Source: Candidatus Omnitrophota bacterium (lineage in GTDB: Bacteria > Omnitrophota > Gorgyraeia > Zapsychrales > Aceulaceae). Taken from it: a DNA stretch of 64,000 nt. The stretch is from the NCBI GenBank assembly GCA_029564765.1, contig JAKQPK010000050.1, forward strand, positions 18,977 through 82,976. The letters run 5' to 3'. A program made the translations under genes and the position numbers. The first letter of the stretch is position 1; every line of letters begins with the position of its first letter. Below, piece by piece: positions 19,629 through 32,546 of this stretch. Below the pieces are notes generated by a model, which had not been told where the DNA came from, did no database searches, and was given only the letters and a program-made list of their open reading frames with translations.

Positions 19629-21324
19629 GGCTCTTTTTTGATTGAACAGCTTCTTCAGCTTGTAAATATTTTAACACATTTTCTGCGATTTCCTTAAAAA
19701 TTGGGGCACAAACCGTACCTCCAAAATAAGTCCCCCGAGGATTATCGAACATAATGGCCATGGCAACCTTAGGATCTTCTACTGGCGCAAAACCGATAAA
19801 AGTCGCGTAAAAATGATCGTGGGAATATCGGCCAGAAACGATCTTTTGTGCCGTTCCTGTTTTTCCAGCGGCTGCAACATTTTTTATTCTTGCAAGTTTA
19901 CCGGTCCCTCTCTCGATCGCTCCCGCTAAAATACTCTTGACCCGCTGCGCCGTAGCAGGGTCGATGACCTGTCGCACAACATGCGGAGAAAACTTTTCAA
20001 TGGTCTCTCCATTCTTATCTCTAATCTCCTTGACCACATAAGGCTTCATCAAGATACCGTCGTTGGCGATAGCCGCAATTGCGCACGCGAGCTGGATCGT
20101 TGTTACCCCTACCTCGTGCCCGATAGGGACAGAACCAATGGAGATTTTTGACCATTGCCCATAAGACTTGAGGGATCCATTGATCTCTCCGGGAACATCG
20201 ATACCTGTTCTTTTGCCAAATCCAAAGCGTTGCGCATAATCATTGAATACTGGCCCTCCGAGCTTTTGCGCGATCTTTACAACTCCAATATTGCTTGATT
20301 GTTCGACTACCTCGCGAAAGGTCAATGTGCCATGGGCATGATGATCATGCAAAGTATGGTTCACTATGCGGTAGGCACCGTTCTCACAAAAAACCTTATC
20401 CGTTTCCTGTACAATTCCTTTCTCAAGAGCGGCAGACGTTAACACAACCTTAAAAACAGAACCTGGTTCGTACATATCACATACAGCCCGATTTTTCCTC
20501 TGATCTTCATGACTCTTGCCGAACTCGTTTAGATCGTACGTTGGGCGGTTCGCAAGAGCCAGGACCTCTCCTGTCCTAGGGTTAAGAACAACAACGCTTG
20601 CGCTCATTGCCCGATGGCGCTGGAACCCTTTGGCAAGCGCCTGTTCTACAAAATACTGGATATTATCATCGATCGTTAAGATCAGATCGAATCCATCTTG
20701 AGGCTTAAGAAGGGCCTGCTCGATCAAAAGGTCTTGTTGGCGCGCATCGCGCAGTATTTGAGCCGCACCTTCTCGCCCAGCAAGAAGCTTGTCAAACTTC
20801 AGCTCAAGTCCTTCAAGGCCATGGCCATCGGTTCCCGCAAAACCTACAAGATGCGCCGCGGCTTCGTGACCAGGATAGCTGCGCTTACTTTCTTTCATAA
20901 AATGAATACCTCGCAGCTTAAACGCAAGAACTTTTTCCATATCATCCAAGGATAATTTACGCGCGAGCCACACAAAACCTTTGTCACGTGTCAACCTCTC
21001 CCTCAAAAGATCTTTATCGAGGCCGATGGTCCGGGGCAAGACATCAATAGCTTTCTCAATATCAGCAGGCTTCATCATGCGCGGAGCGGCATATAACGAA
21101 TAGGCTGCGATATCTAGAGCTAAAGGCCTGAACTGTCGATCATAGATCGTTCCTCGCTTAGGCGCGAGGGTGATAACATGCGTCTGTTGTTTTTGGGCAA
21201 GATGGTTCAGGTAGGATGAGCGGAATACTTGAATGAGGACGAGTTTAAGCGTGAAAAAGCCAAAAAAAAGGATAAAAAAAATAAAAAGAAGGATAAATCG
21301 AAGGGATCTTTTTCGGAAATACAC
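19603..21324 (-). CDS. ftsI: Peptidoglycan D,D-transpeptidase FtsI (class B PBP)
   Basis: N-terminal TM anchor. STxK-like SVFK, SxN (SSN) and KTGT motifs of the penicilloyl serine transferase domain. Confidence 0.85.
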   Translation of the reverse strand: MYFRKRSLRFILLFIFFILFFGFFTLKLVLIQVFRSSYLNHLAQKQQTHVITLAPKRGTIYDRQFRPLALDIAAYSLYAAPRMMKPADIEKAIDVLPRTIGLDKDLLRERLTRDKGFVWLARKLSLDDMEKVLAFKLRGIHFMKESKRSYPGHEAAAHLVGFAGTDGHGLEGLELKFDKLLAGREGAAQILRDARQQDLLIEQALLKPQDGFDLILTIDDNIQYFVEQALAKGFQRHRAMSASVVVLNPRTGEVLALANRPTYDLNEFGKSHEDQRKNRAVCDMYEPGSVFKVVLTSAALEKGIVQETDKVFCENGAYRIVNHTLHDHHAHGTLTFREVVEQSSNIGVVKIAQKLGGPVFNDYAQRFGFGKRTGIDVPGEINGSLKSYGQWSKISIGSVPIGHEVGVTTIQLACAIAAIANDGILMKPYVVKEIRDKNGETIEKFSPHVVRQVIDPATAQRVKSILAGAIERGTGKLARIKNVAAAGKTGTAQKIVSGRYSHDHFYATFIGFAPVEDPKVAMAIMFDNPRGTYFGGTVCAPIFKEIAENVLKYLQAEEAVQSKKSHAAEESSR

Positions 21325-21344
21325 AGATTTTTTTCAATTAATGA

Positions 21345-21731
21345 TTATCGTATAGGTCTAGCTTCAGCGATAGACCTAAACCCAAAAACCTTATCTAAAA
21401 GACTCGATGCGCGCTTTACGATAGTCGGCGATACAGCACGATCAGCTTTCACAAGCTCTGCTGGTGTTGCTTGAACATCAATAATATTACCACGACTCGC
21501 AAAATCAACATCGACATTTTTATCAAAAAAATGAGCTCCAAGATTTTGAGCGGATTTCAATCTTGCAATGTTGACGGTCGCGTGTGTATTATTATCCGAA
21601 AGCTTCAACGCCTGATCTTCGCGTTGTTTTGCCTGATACGCTAGATCGTAGATCATTACCTGCATTTGAATGTAGATCAATGAAAAGATCGTTACAGTTA
21701 GGCATAAAACAGAAAATTTCTTTAGGTTCAT
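21345..21731 (-). CDS. ftsL: Cell division protein FtsL (small bitopic coiled-coil protein)
   Basis: ~128 aa with one N-terminal TM helix followed by a coiled-coil-like segment. Position between rsmH and ftsI. Weak sequence signal. Confidence 0.55.
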   Translation of the reverse strand: MNLKKFSVLCLTVTIFSLIYIQMQVMIYDLAYQAKQREDQALKLSDNNTHATVNIARLKSAQNLGAHFFDKNVDVDFASRGNIIDVQATPAELVKADRAVSPTIVKRASSLLDKVFGFRSIAEARPIR

Positions 21732-22651
21732 TCGATCTCCTTTTTGCCGATGCGTTCTGCGATCCGAAGCCGCGCACTGCGAGAGCGCACGTTATCCGTT
21801 ACTTCTGCATCTGTGGGCCGCAACGGTTTCTTTGTAAGAATTCTTATTTTCCCTTGCTTGGAAAAGCTATGAAATTTATCCTTAACGATCTTATCTTCAA
21901 GAGAATGAAAGGAAATAACAGCTACCCTCCCCCCATCTCTCAAATACGGTATGCATTTATCAAGAGCCGCTTCTAAGGCTTCAAGCTCACGATTCACTGC
22001 GATACGAAACGCCTGAAATGCTCGGGTCGCAGGATGGATCTTTTGATGTTGCTGCTGACGAGGGACAGCATTGAGAATGATCTTTTTTAATTCTTCGGTT
22101 GACTCGATCGGATGTTTAACGCGCTCTCTTACGAGGCAATCCGCGATGCGCCGATGCCAACGCTCTTGGCCAAAATTCTTAAGAATAAGGGAGATCTCAT
22201 CCGTCGATAATGAGTTGATCAGATCATACGCGGATATAAAACTATTGCGGTCCATGCGCATATCCAATGGGCCATTATTACGGATGCTAAAACCTCGATC
22301 AGGCGTATCAAGCTGATAGCTGGAAACACCAAGGTCAAAAAGAAAAGCATCTACCTCCTTGATCGCTAACTGGTCAAGGACATTATCTAGATATCGAAAA
22401 TCTTTTTGCATCAAGGCGCAATGCCCTGCGTATTGTGCGAGATTCTCTTGCGCGATCGCCAATGAATCCGCGTCACGATCAATGCCGATCAAAAATCCGT
22501 TGGGACTAATATGTTTAACAATATGCTGGCTATGCCCTGCCAGGCCCAGCGTGCAGTCCACCACGCAAGATCCAGGACGCAGATTCAAAAGATCCACGAC
22601 CTCCTTCAAGAGGACTGGAACATGATGTGTTTTGTCTATCATTGCGACCAT
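21728..22651 (-). CDS. rsmH: 16S rRNA (cytosine1402-N4)-methyltransferase RsmH (MraW)
   Basis: HVPVLL N-terminus and SAM-binding DCTLGLAGHS motif; ~305 aa. Follows mraZ. Confidence 0.9.
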   Translation of the reverse strand: MVAMIDKTHHVPVLLKEVVDLLNLRPGSCVVDCTLGLAGHSQHIVKHISPNGFLIGIDRDADSLAIAQENLAQYAGHCALMQKDFRYLDNVLDQLAIKEVDAFLFDLGVSSYQLDTPDRGFSIRNNGPLDMRMDRNSFISAYDLINSLSTDEISLILKNFGQERWHRRIADCLVRERVKHPIESTEELKKIILNAVPRQQQHQKIHPATRAFQAFRIAVNRELEALEAALDKCIPYLRDGGRVAVISFHSLEDKIVKDKFHSFSKQGKIRILTKKPLRPTDAEVTDNVRSRSARLRIAERIGKKEIE

Positions 22652-23091
22652 CAGGATATCTCCAAGATATTTTCCGCGATCTGCTCGAAAGAATCACGTG
22701 TCGTTCGATAAAAGTCTTCCCATGTCTTTTTATCCCATAGCTCAATGCGTGAAGAAACCCCGACAACCATGACATCTTTTACAATGCCAGAAAATTCTTT
22801 TAAATAGCTCGGGATAATAAAACGCCCTTGTCGATCCGGAACAATGTCAGCAGCACCAGCAAAGAACATGCGGTTAAAACTACGGCTTTCTTTTTTCGTG
22901 AAAGACATTGTCTTGAACTTTTGCTCTTGGGTGGCCCACTCATGCTCGCTAAACATGAAAATACACTTATCCAGCCCCCGAGTGAGAAAAAAGCGCTCAA
23001 TATTATTCTCCCGCGCGATCTCCCGGAATCTCGACGGCAAGATCAGTCGTCCTTTGCGATCTATGCTGTGGTCATATTCTCCGTAAAACAT
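22651..23091 (-). CDS. mraZ: Transcriptional regulator MraZ
   Basis: Two tandem MraZ/SpoVT-AbrB-like repeats, DxxGRL (DRKGRLILP) and DRQGRFIIP. Start re-picked at ATG 23089-23091 with SD GGAG 7 nt upstream; the track start at 23103 is GTG. Confidence 0.85.
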   Translation of the reverse strand: MFYGEYDHSIDRKGRLILPSRFREIARENNIERFFLTRGLDKCIFMFSEHEWATQEQKFKTMSFTKKESRSFNRMFFAGAADIVPDRQGRFIIPSYLKEFSGIVKDVMVVGVSSRIELWDKKTWEDFYRTTRDSFEQIAENILEIS

Positions 23092-23130
23092 CGTATACTC
23101 CACTTTCCTCCACTTTATCCCACAATTTGG
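23092..23130 (-). promoter_or_regulatory. Three 10-bp-phased GTGG(G) direct repeats (candidate MraZ operator boxes) between the -10 and the mraZ start codon
   Basis: Minus strand reads TTGTGGGATA|AAGTGGAGGA|AAGTGGAGTA just 5' of the ATG. This resembles the published MraZ boxes, AAAGTG[GT]G in Mollicutes and TGGGN repeats in E. coli. Confidence 0.45.
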
Positions 23131-23159
23131 AGTATATTAAATATAGATGGGATTGTCAA
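23131..23159 (-). promoter_or_regulatory. Pmra-like sigma70 promoter: TTGACA-17-TATACT
   Basis: Minus-strand -35 TTGACA (plus 23154-23159), a 17-nt spacer, then -10 TATACT (plus 23131-23136), in the AT-rich region upstream of mraZ. Confidence 0.5.
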
Positions 23160-23229
23160 TAATAAAATATAAAAATTAGATCATATATTTTATAAAGGCA
23201 AAGATAGAAAGAAGTGAAATGAAGGCAGG

Positions 23230-24171
23230 TTAGATAGACGTGCTCTTGCGAAAGAAATCTATTGCGATGTCCTTATCACGTTGAAATTGACGTAGAAAAT
23301 GATGGGGAGATAAAAACTTTTTTTCATTGCGGATCTTTTTAAGGAACTGGATTTCGATCCTTTGACCATAGATATTGCGATGAAAATCAAAAAGATGAAC
23401 CTCAATATTCTTCTTTCGAGAAGATTCGAATGAAGGGCGATATCCAACATTAGCGATCCCTTCACATTTTTTGCCGGCAACTACGGCACAAACGATATAG
23501 ACACCCAGAGGCGGCAAGATCTCGGGGCCGCAGTTGATGTTAGCGGTCGGTATCCCTAGCGCACGTCCGCGCCGGTTCCCGCGGACAACCTGGCCGATAA
23601 ATGTGATTTCACGATCAAGATATTTCTTCGCAAGTGAAAAATTGCCATCTTTGACAAGATGCCTTAGGCGCGAGCTGCTAACGACATCCCGGCCACAACG
23701 AACAGATCTTAAGACGTTTGCCTGGATCGAATATATTTTTGTCAAGGACTGCAAGGCTTTGCTGTCGCCCCTGCGTCCTCTGCCAAAATGAAAATTCTGT
23801 CCAATAAATATTTCCTTAGCTCCGATCTTACAAAATAAATAATCACGAACAAAATCTTCGGCTCTGAGCTTGGCGAATTCTTTCGTGAATGGCACAACCA
23901 TGCACGCATCAACACCCAACTGCTGGATCAGTCCCAGTCTGTGCTCAAGGGAAACAAGCAGAGAAAGGTCTTTTTTTCGATAAAGCACATGAACGGGATG
24001 TGGAAAGAATGTCAAAACGATAGATGTTCCTGATATCTGGCGCGCTCGAGCGACAGCTCTCAGGATAAGCTTTTGATGTCCTCGATGAACCCCGTCGAAG
24101 ACACCAATCGCAACGACAGGACGAGCGAACTTTTTAAACTTTTTTTGACGATCTAGAAAAATCTTGAGCAT
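23230..24171 (-). CDS. ribF: Bifunctional riboflavin kinase / FMN adenylyltransferase
   Basis: N-terminal FAD synthetase motif (IGVFDGVHRGHQ) and C-terminal riboflavin kinase domain; ~310 aa. Confidence 0.9.
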   Translation of the reverse strand: MLKIFLDRQKKFKKFARPVVAIGVFDGVHRGHQKLILRAVARARQISGTSIVLTFFPHPVHVLYRKKDLSLLVSLEHRLGLIQQLGVDACMVVPFTKEFAKLRAEDFVRDYLFCKIGAKEIFIGQNFHFGRGRRGDSKALQSLTKIYSIQANVLRSVRCGRDVVSSSRLRHLVKDGNFSLAKKYLDREITFIGQVVRGNRRGRALGIPTANINCGPEILPPLGVYIVCAVVAGKKCEGIANVGYRPSFESSRKKNIEVHLFDFHRNIYGQRIEIQFLKKIRNEKKFLSPHHFLRQFQRDKDIAIDFFRKSTSI

Positions 24172-24181
24172 AGCCTAATGA

Positions 24182-24883
24182 TCACCTATCAACATCTATC
24201 AAATTCGCCGAAAGAATATCCTTTTCAGAAAAATTCTCAAGCTTGACCGCCTGTGAAACATCAAAACGGCCGACTTTCGTCCTGTGGATCTGCGATATGC
24301 AAGCCCCACAACCTAAAAGATTTCCCGCGTCTTCAGCGATCTTGCGAACATAAGTCCCTTTCGAGCATTCAAGGGCAAACTGCACGTTCGGAGGCTGAAC
24401 ATGCAGCAAGCTCAACGAATAGATCTTCACCTTGCGCGCCTCACGCTTAACCTCTACCCCTTCTCGAGCAAGCTGATACAGTCGTTTACCGTTATGCTTG
24501 AGGGCGGATACCATAGGCGGAACCTGGTCGATCTCTCCAATGAATTGCTTAAAAACTGATTCGATCTGATCAGCGTGGATATGGGGCCATGGCTTCTGCT
24601 GCAAAACTTTACCTCGGATATCTGCAGTATCCGTTATAAGGCCTAGCGTCATGGTTGCCGTATACGCTTTATCACAAGATGAAAATTTATTGAATAATTT
24701 TGTCGCGCTTCCCAGCAAGATGACCAAGACACCTGTGGCCAAAGGATCAAGCGTGCCTGCGTGACCGACTTGCCGCATTCTTAGCTTACGTCTTACCACG
24801 TCAACCACATCATGCGAAGTAATGTCCGCGGGCTTATCAATGACCAAAACACCGTTAAAAGGAGAAAAACGTTTAGCGCTCAT
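24182..24883 (-). CDS. truB: tRNA pseudouridine(55) synthase
   Basis: GVLVIDKP...TSHDVV...GHAGTLDPLATGVL catalytic Asp motif. Confidence 0.9.
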   Translation of the reverse strand: MSAKRFSPFNGVLVIDKPADITSHDVVDVVRRKLRMRQVGHAGTLDPLATGVLVILLGSATKLFNKFSSCDKAYTATMTLGLITDTADIRGKVLQQKPWPHIHADQIESVFKQFIGEIDQVPPMVSALKHNGKRLYQLAREGVEVKREARKVKIYSLSLLHVQPPNVQFALECSKGTYVRKIAEDAGNLLGCGACISQIHRTKVGRFDVSQAVKLENFSEKDILSANLIDVDR

Positions 24884-25847
24884 GACTAGACACCTTCTTG
24901 AATATCTGCGCTAAGACATCTTTTTGGGCTTTTGCCAACGGCTGCTCCAGCGTGCAGCCACTCGCGGCTTTATGGCCACCTCCAGAGAACTTTTGCGCGA
25001 TAGCGGCTACGTTCACAGATCCCGCAGAACGCAAATTAACGCGAACCTTCCTTGTAGATTCTTGAGAAAAAATAACCATAACCTCGACATCTTTCAGCAT
25101 GCGAAGAAAAGAAAAAATCTTGTCCTTAAGATCAACTTCTTTCTGATGAGCTTTTAGCATCCCGGATGGCAAAGAAACACACGCGATCTTCCCTTGGCGA
25201 TAATACTTAACCTTCTGGATGATCCGCGCAAGATCAAATAAATGCTTGGGCTTAAGGTCTTCATAAACATCATGGTAGATCTTTACAGGATCGACCCCAA
25301 GCTTAAGAAGCTGAGCTGTGATGTGATGCGTTCTGAAAGTTGTGCTCTGGTAGCGAAAGGATCCGGTGTCCGTCAGGATCCCTAGATATAAATAATATGC
25401 GATCTCTTTAGAAAGATCTGCGTCCCATTGCTGCAGCAGAGAAAAGAGTACTTCTGCGGTCGATGAAGCACTTGGGTCAACAATGTTGATCGTTCCAAAA
25501 AATTCATTCGTATAATGGTGATCGATGTTCACAATAGGCTTATTCTCCTGAATGATCGATCGCACCTCCCCAATACGGCCAAGTTCACCGCAATCAACAA
25601 CGATCGCAGCATCATAATCGCCAAAAAAAGATGCGAGCGGCCTGATCTGGTTGACCGCCTTCACAAAGCAAAATGCTGACGACACTGGTTTTTCATGAAC
25701 GACCATTACGCGTTTACCTTGCCCCTTTAAATACGCAGCGAGCGCCAATTGCGAAGCGATCGCATCAAGGTCTGGATTAACGTGTGTTACGATAAGGAAC
25801 CTACTGCGCTGACGTATCAGCGCTAGAGCTTTTTTCTCTGGTGTCAT
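24873..25847 (-). CDS. nrnA: DHH/DHHA1 family phosphoesterase (NrnA-like oligoribonuclease / pAp phosphatase)
   Basis: DHH motif region (HVNPDLDAIAS...VDHH) and C-terminal DHHA1 GGGH motif. Start placed at the internal ATG at 25847 to reduce overlap with rbfA, so the start is uncertain. Confidence 0.7.
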   Translation of the reverse strand: MTPEKKALALIRQRSRFLIVTHVNPDLDAIASQLALAAYLKGQGKRVMVVHEKPVSSAFCFVKAVNQIRPLASFFGDYDAAIVVDCGELGRIGEVRSIIQENKPIVNIDHHYTNEFFGTINIVDPSASSTAEVLFSLLQQWDADLSKEIAYYLYLGILTDTGSFRYQSTTFRTHHITAQLLKLGVDPVKIYHDVYEDLKPKHLFDLARIIQKVKYYRQGKIACVSLPSGMLKAHQKEVDLKDKIFSFLRMLKDVEVMVIFSQESTRKVRVNLRSAGSVNVAAIAQKFSGGGHKAASGCTLEQPLAKAQKDVLAQIFKKVSSHER

Positions 25848-26175
25848 TAAACTTTTCCATTTCTTCACGTAAATGTGTGATGTATTCCACCGATTTGTCA
25901 TGAATAAAGATGAGCTCCGGGGTAAATTTCATGCGCAGACGCTTAGCAACCGTACGCCTTATAAGCCCCTTGGCGCTATCAAGCCCATCCTGGGCATGAA
26001 CAGCTCTAGCCTCATCGCCTAAAGCGCTAAAATAAATTTTAGCGTGCTGCAGGTCCCGGCTAACCTCCGCTCGACTGATCGTGATGAGCGCTAGGCGAGG
26101 ATCAGAAAGCTCCTGCTGAACGATCAGCGATATTTCTCTTTTCATTGTTTCGTTAACCCGTTCAATGCGATCCAC
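25801..26175 (-). CDS. rbfA: Ribosome-binding factor A
   Basis: ~124 aa; RVNE..KREISLIVQQEL..DPRL aligns with the RbfA N-terminus and KH-like fold. Confidence 0.8.
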   Translation of the reverse strand: MDRIERVNETMKREISLIVQQELSDPRLALITISRAEVSRDLQHAKIYFSALGDEARAVHAQDGLDSAKGLIRRTVAKRLRMKFTPELIFIHDKSVEYITHLREEMEKFNDTREKSSSADTSAQ

Positions 26176-26189
26176 ACAACCTCCTTAGG

Positions 26190-27464
26190 TCAAATAAAAT
26201 CCATCTCTTGTAAAAGGCTTAACTCTTGCTCTTTGGTCATAGCACCCGCGTCGATCTTTCTTTCCAATAGGATCTGTAAAGTAGCCCCGATACGCTTTCC
26301 ATCGCAAATGCCTAGCCGCATAAGATCCTCACCCCTTGTGCACAAGTGAACATTGCGGTATTGCGTTAAAAAATTCTGAATGCACATCTCAGGAGGCTGC
26401 CCATGAGTTTTGACAAGAAAAAAGAGGATCTCCTCTGCGCTCATTGATTTCAACACATTATAGACCTGGCTGGGCTTAACGCAATTCATATCTAGGCGCT
26501 TAACGATCTCCTGCTCTAGTTTGCATGAAATGATCTTTCTGCTATCATGACGTGACAAAGATAAACGATTAACGATATCTTGAACTTTTTCGATCGGCTG
26601 ATCACTGATAAGGATCATCAAATAAACAAGCCAGACGGCCAATGCTGTCCGATCGATACCCTGCTCCTGCATCCACAACAAAATCGTTTGCACGCGCTTA
26701 AAATGATCTTTCTTTGCAGGGGTCCAAACGATCTCCTTACTAAAAAAACTTAACCCACCTACGTCTTGCAGGCGATCCAAACAACAAAGAACGTTTGGCT
26801 CTTTTAAGATCTTTTTGAATTCCTCAAAATATCGCCCCGCGCTCACATATTGCCAAAATTTTCCTTCCACGGCCTGCCGTAAAGGTTCGCGTGTTTCTTC
26901 TGCGATCTGAAATTGATAGCGCTCCTGAAAACGGATCGCGCGTAAAATACGCGTCGGATCATCCTCAAAGCTTTTCGCGTGAAAAACGCGAATTGTTCGA
27001 GATCGAATATCATCCTGTCCGCGACACATGTCCACAAGGGTTCCATAGTTATCTTGATTTAGCGAAATTGCCATCGCATTGATCGTGAAATCTCGACGAA
27101 AAATATCATCCTTCAAAGTTCCCTCAACGACAACGGGCAATGCCCCTGGCGTCGGATACGCCTCTTTGCGGGTAGAGCTAAAATCAACAACAAAACGATG
27201 GTCCCATGTTAAGGTCGCCGTCTTAAACCGTGGATAGACTGTCAGCGCTGTCTGGTAACGTTGAGCCAATGGCTTGCAAAACTCAACAGCATCAGATTCC
27301 ACAACGATATCTATATCCAGATTATCCCTGCCAAGAAGCAGGTCCCGCACAACGCCACCGATCAAATAACAAGAAACGCGTCTCTGATCCGCGTAGCTTC
27401 CGATCAAGCGCAGCAAGCGTAAAATTTCTTGTGGTAATCTATCAAGCAAAGATCCGGTCATCAT
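26190..27464 (-). CDS. cca: CCA-adding tRNA nucleotidyltransferase / poly(A) polymerase family protein
   Basis: Pol-beta-like head motif (YLIGGVVRDLLLGRDNLDIDIVV) and the RRD motif (FRRDFTINA). Confidence 0.75.
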   Translation of the reverse strand: MMTGSLLDRLPQEILRLLRLIGSYADQRRVSCYLIGGVVRDLLLGRDNLDIDIVVESDAVEFCKPLAQRYQTALTVYPRFKTATLTWDHRFVVDFSSTRKEAYPTPGALPVVVEGTLKDDIFRRDFTINAMAISLNQDNYGTLVDMCRGQDDIRSRTIRVFHAKSFEDDPTRILRAIRFQERYQFQIAEETREPLRQAVEGKFWQYVSAGRYFEEFKKILKEPNVLCCLDRLQDVGGLSFFSKEIVWTPAKKDHFKRVQTILLWMQEQGIDRTALAVWLVYLMILISDQPIEKVQDIVNRLSLSRHDSRKIISCKLEQEIVKRLDMNCVKPSQVYNVLKSMSAEEILFFLVKTHGQPPEMCIQNFLTQYRNVHLCTRGEDLMRLGICDGKRIGATLQILLERKIDAGAMTKEQELSLLQEMDFI

Positions 27465-28347
27465 TATGGCCTAGGATGGAATTGTTTATGGATGGAGCGT
27501 AATCGCTCCCTATCAACATGCGTATAAATTTGTGTTGTCGCGATATCCGAATGACCCAACATTTCCTGAACAGACCTCAGATCAGCGCCATGCTCTAGCA
27601 AATGAGTCGCAAAAGAATGCCTTAGGGTGTGCGTTTTGATCGCTTTTTTGATCCCAGCTTTCTTCGCATAAAATTTAATGATCTTCCAAATACTTTGGCG
27701 GCTGATACGCTTGCCAAGCCTGCTAACGAATAAATATGGCACGATCTGGCCTTTCACGAACTTTCCCCGGACCTTTTCCAGGTATCTCTTCACAGCGTCA
27801 CGCGCCTTTTTTCCAATAGGAACAATGCGTTCTTTCTGCCCCTTGCCAATGCAACGCACATAACCGATCTCGGTGTTCACGTTCTCGGTCTTTAAGTCCG
27901 CGAGCTCTGAAACGCGCATACCGCTAGCATACAACATTTCTAAAATAGCCTGATCACGTATGTGTTGTGGTTGACGCCCCTGAGCGGAAAGGATCATGGT
28001 TTCGATCTCATTAGCTGTCAGAACATCTGGGACCCTTTTCCAGGTCTTAGGTGTTTCCAAAAGATGGGTCGGATCTTCCCTGGTAATGCGCTCACGTGCC
28101 ATAAATCGATGGAACATCCTGATCGCAGCTAAGCTGCGACAGATCGATGTTGCGGACAGCCCACGCGTTTTCTGTTTTTGCATATAATCGGTAATGTCCT
28201 CACGCTTGATCGCGTCTGGATCGGATCCACCTTTCTTCTCTAGAAAAGCAATGTATTGCAAAAGATCTTTTTGATAGGCCATCATTGTATTCTTGGCCAA
28301 CCCCCGCTCAACAAAAAGATGATTAAGGAATTCCTGCAAAAATTCTT

Positions 28348-28351
<4 letters not shown>
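27464..28351 (-). CDS. xerD: Tyrosine site-specific recombinase XerC/XerD family (XerD-like)
   Basis: N-terminal SAM-like domain (FLNHLFVERGLAKNT..AY..DL). C-terminal catalytic R..HxxR..Y residues (HTLRHSFATHLLEHGADLRSVQEMLGHSDIATTQIYTHV). Confidence 0.8.
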
Positions 28352-31626
<3,275 letters not shown>

Positions 31627-31633
31627 AGGTCCT

Positions 31634-31909
31634 CTAACCTGTTGGGCTGATCTGGAAATCAGCGAACATTCCACCTGAATCAGAAAAATCTATCTTTTCT
31701 GACCGTATAGCCTCACAAAAATGATCCTCAATGTGACGGATCATCTTCTGGATGTTTTCTTGGGAGCCTTCAGCGAGGATTTCAACACGGCCATCGGAGA
31801 GATTGCGAACCCAGCCATTGACCTCACATGCGCGGGCCAATCGCTGCGTCGCGCAGCGAAACCCGACACCTTGAACAATGCCTGAATAAAAAATATGGGC
31901 TCGAACCAT
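31634..31909 (-). CDS. acyP: Acylphosphatase
   Basis: 91 aa with the VQGVGFR signature and GWVRN motif. Confidence 0.8.
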   Translation of the reverse strand: MVRAHIFYSGIVQGVGFRCATQRLARACEVNGWVRNLSDGRVEILAEGSQENIQKMIRHIEDHFCEAIRSEKIDFSDSGGMFADFQISPTG

Positions 31910-31920
31910 TTTATATCAAA

Positions 31921-31996
31921 TCGGGAAGGTGGGACTTGAACCCACGACCTCAACGTCCCGAACGTTGCGCGCTAAGCCAAGCTGCGCTACTTCCCG
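31921..31996 (-). tRNA. tRNA-Pro (anticodon CGG)
   Basis: Minus-strand 76 nt: CGGGAAG/TAGCGCAGCTTGGCTTAGCGCG/CAACGTTCGGGACGTTG/AGGTC/GTGGGTTCAAGTCCCAC/CTTCCCGA. It has a 7-bp acceptor stem, D-arm, anticodon loop TTCGGGA and a GTTCAAGTC T-loop. CCA is not encoded. Confidence 0.85.
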
Positions 31997-32049
31997 TGTT
32001 TTTCCGTATTAGAAGTTAACAATAACAGATGCGCTAGTGTAGCATTCTC

Positions 32050-32076
32050 AAAAAAGAGAGTCAACTCCACTCTTCT
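32050..32076 (-). terminator. Possible intrinsic terminator after fabZ
   Basis: Minus-strand AGAGTGGAGTTGACTCT hairpin (5-bp stem) followed by CTTTTTTG. The stem is short, so this is weak. Confidence 0.3.
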
Positions 32077-32096
32077 AAAATATGCAATCTGAAATC

Positions 32097-32531
32097 TTAA
32101 ACTTCTTTGGCTGAAAGAGCGAATTCTGACTCGGCAACGACTTTATCGCCAACTTTTGCTGTCGCCTTGAGAATACCTGTTTTTGCAATGAACTTTACTG
32201 TAGAAACCTCAATAACAAGCTGATCTCCTGGGACAACGGGAGCTGAAAAACGGCCGGTTGTCTTGCCCAGATAAAAATGACAATTCTTGCCTTGAAGGTT
32301 CTGACTATAATAAAAGTACACACATCCCGCCTGTGCCATTGCTTCCAGGATCAAAACGCCAGGCATGATTTTTTCTGATGGGAAATGCCCTTCAAAGAAA
32401 TGTTCGTTCGCGGAAACGTTCTTGACCGCGACGATCTTTTCATTGGCAACAAGCTCCGTTACGCGATCGATCAGCAAAAATGGAAAACGATGAGGAATGA
32501 TCTTTTTGATCTCTTGAACACCTAATTGCAT
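32097..32531 (-). CDS. fabZ: 3-hydroxyacyl-[ACP] dehydratase
   Basis: [11 protein letters not shown]...[12 protein letters not shown] hot-dog fold with catalytic His motif; 144 aa. Confidence 0.9.
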   Translation of the reverse strand: MQLGVQEIKKIIPHRFPFLLIDRVTELVANEKIVAVKNVSANEHFFEGHFPSEKIMPGVLILEAMAQAGCVYFYYSQNLQGKNCHFYLGKTTGRFSAPVVPGDQLVIEVSTVKFIAKTGILKATAKVGDKVVAESEFALSAKEV

Positions 32532-32546
32532 AGCATGCTCTCCTTG

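Noticed and set aside
31741-32019. Small ORFs overlapping the tRNA-Pro region (31741-31953 minus, 31828-32019 plus)
   Set aside because: They overlap acyP and the tRNA gene. The tRNA cloverleaf is unambiguous, so these are spurious.
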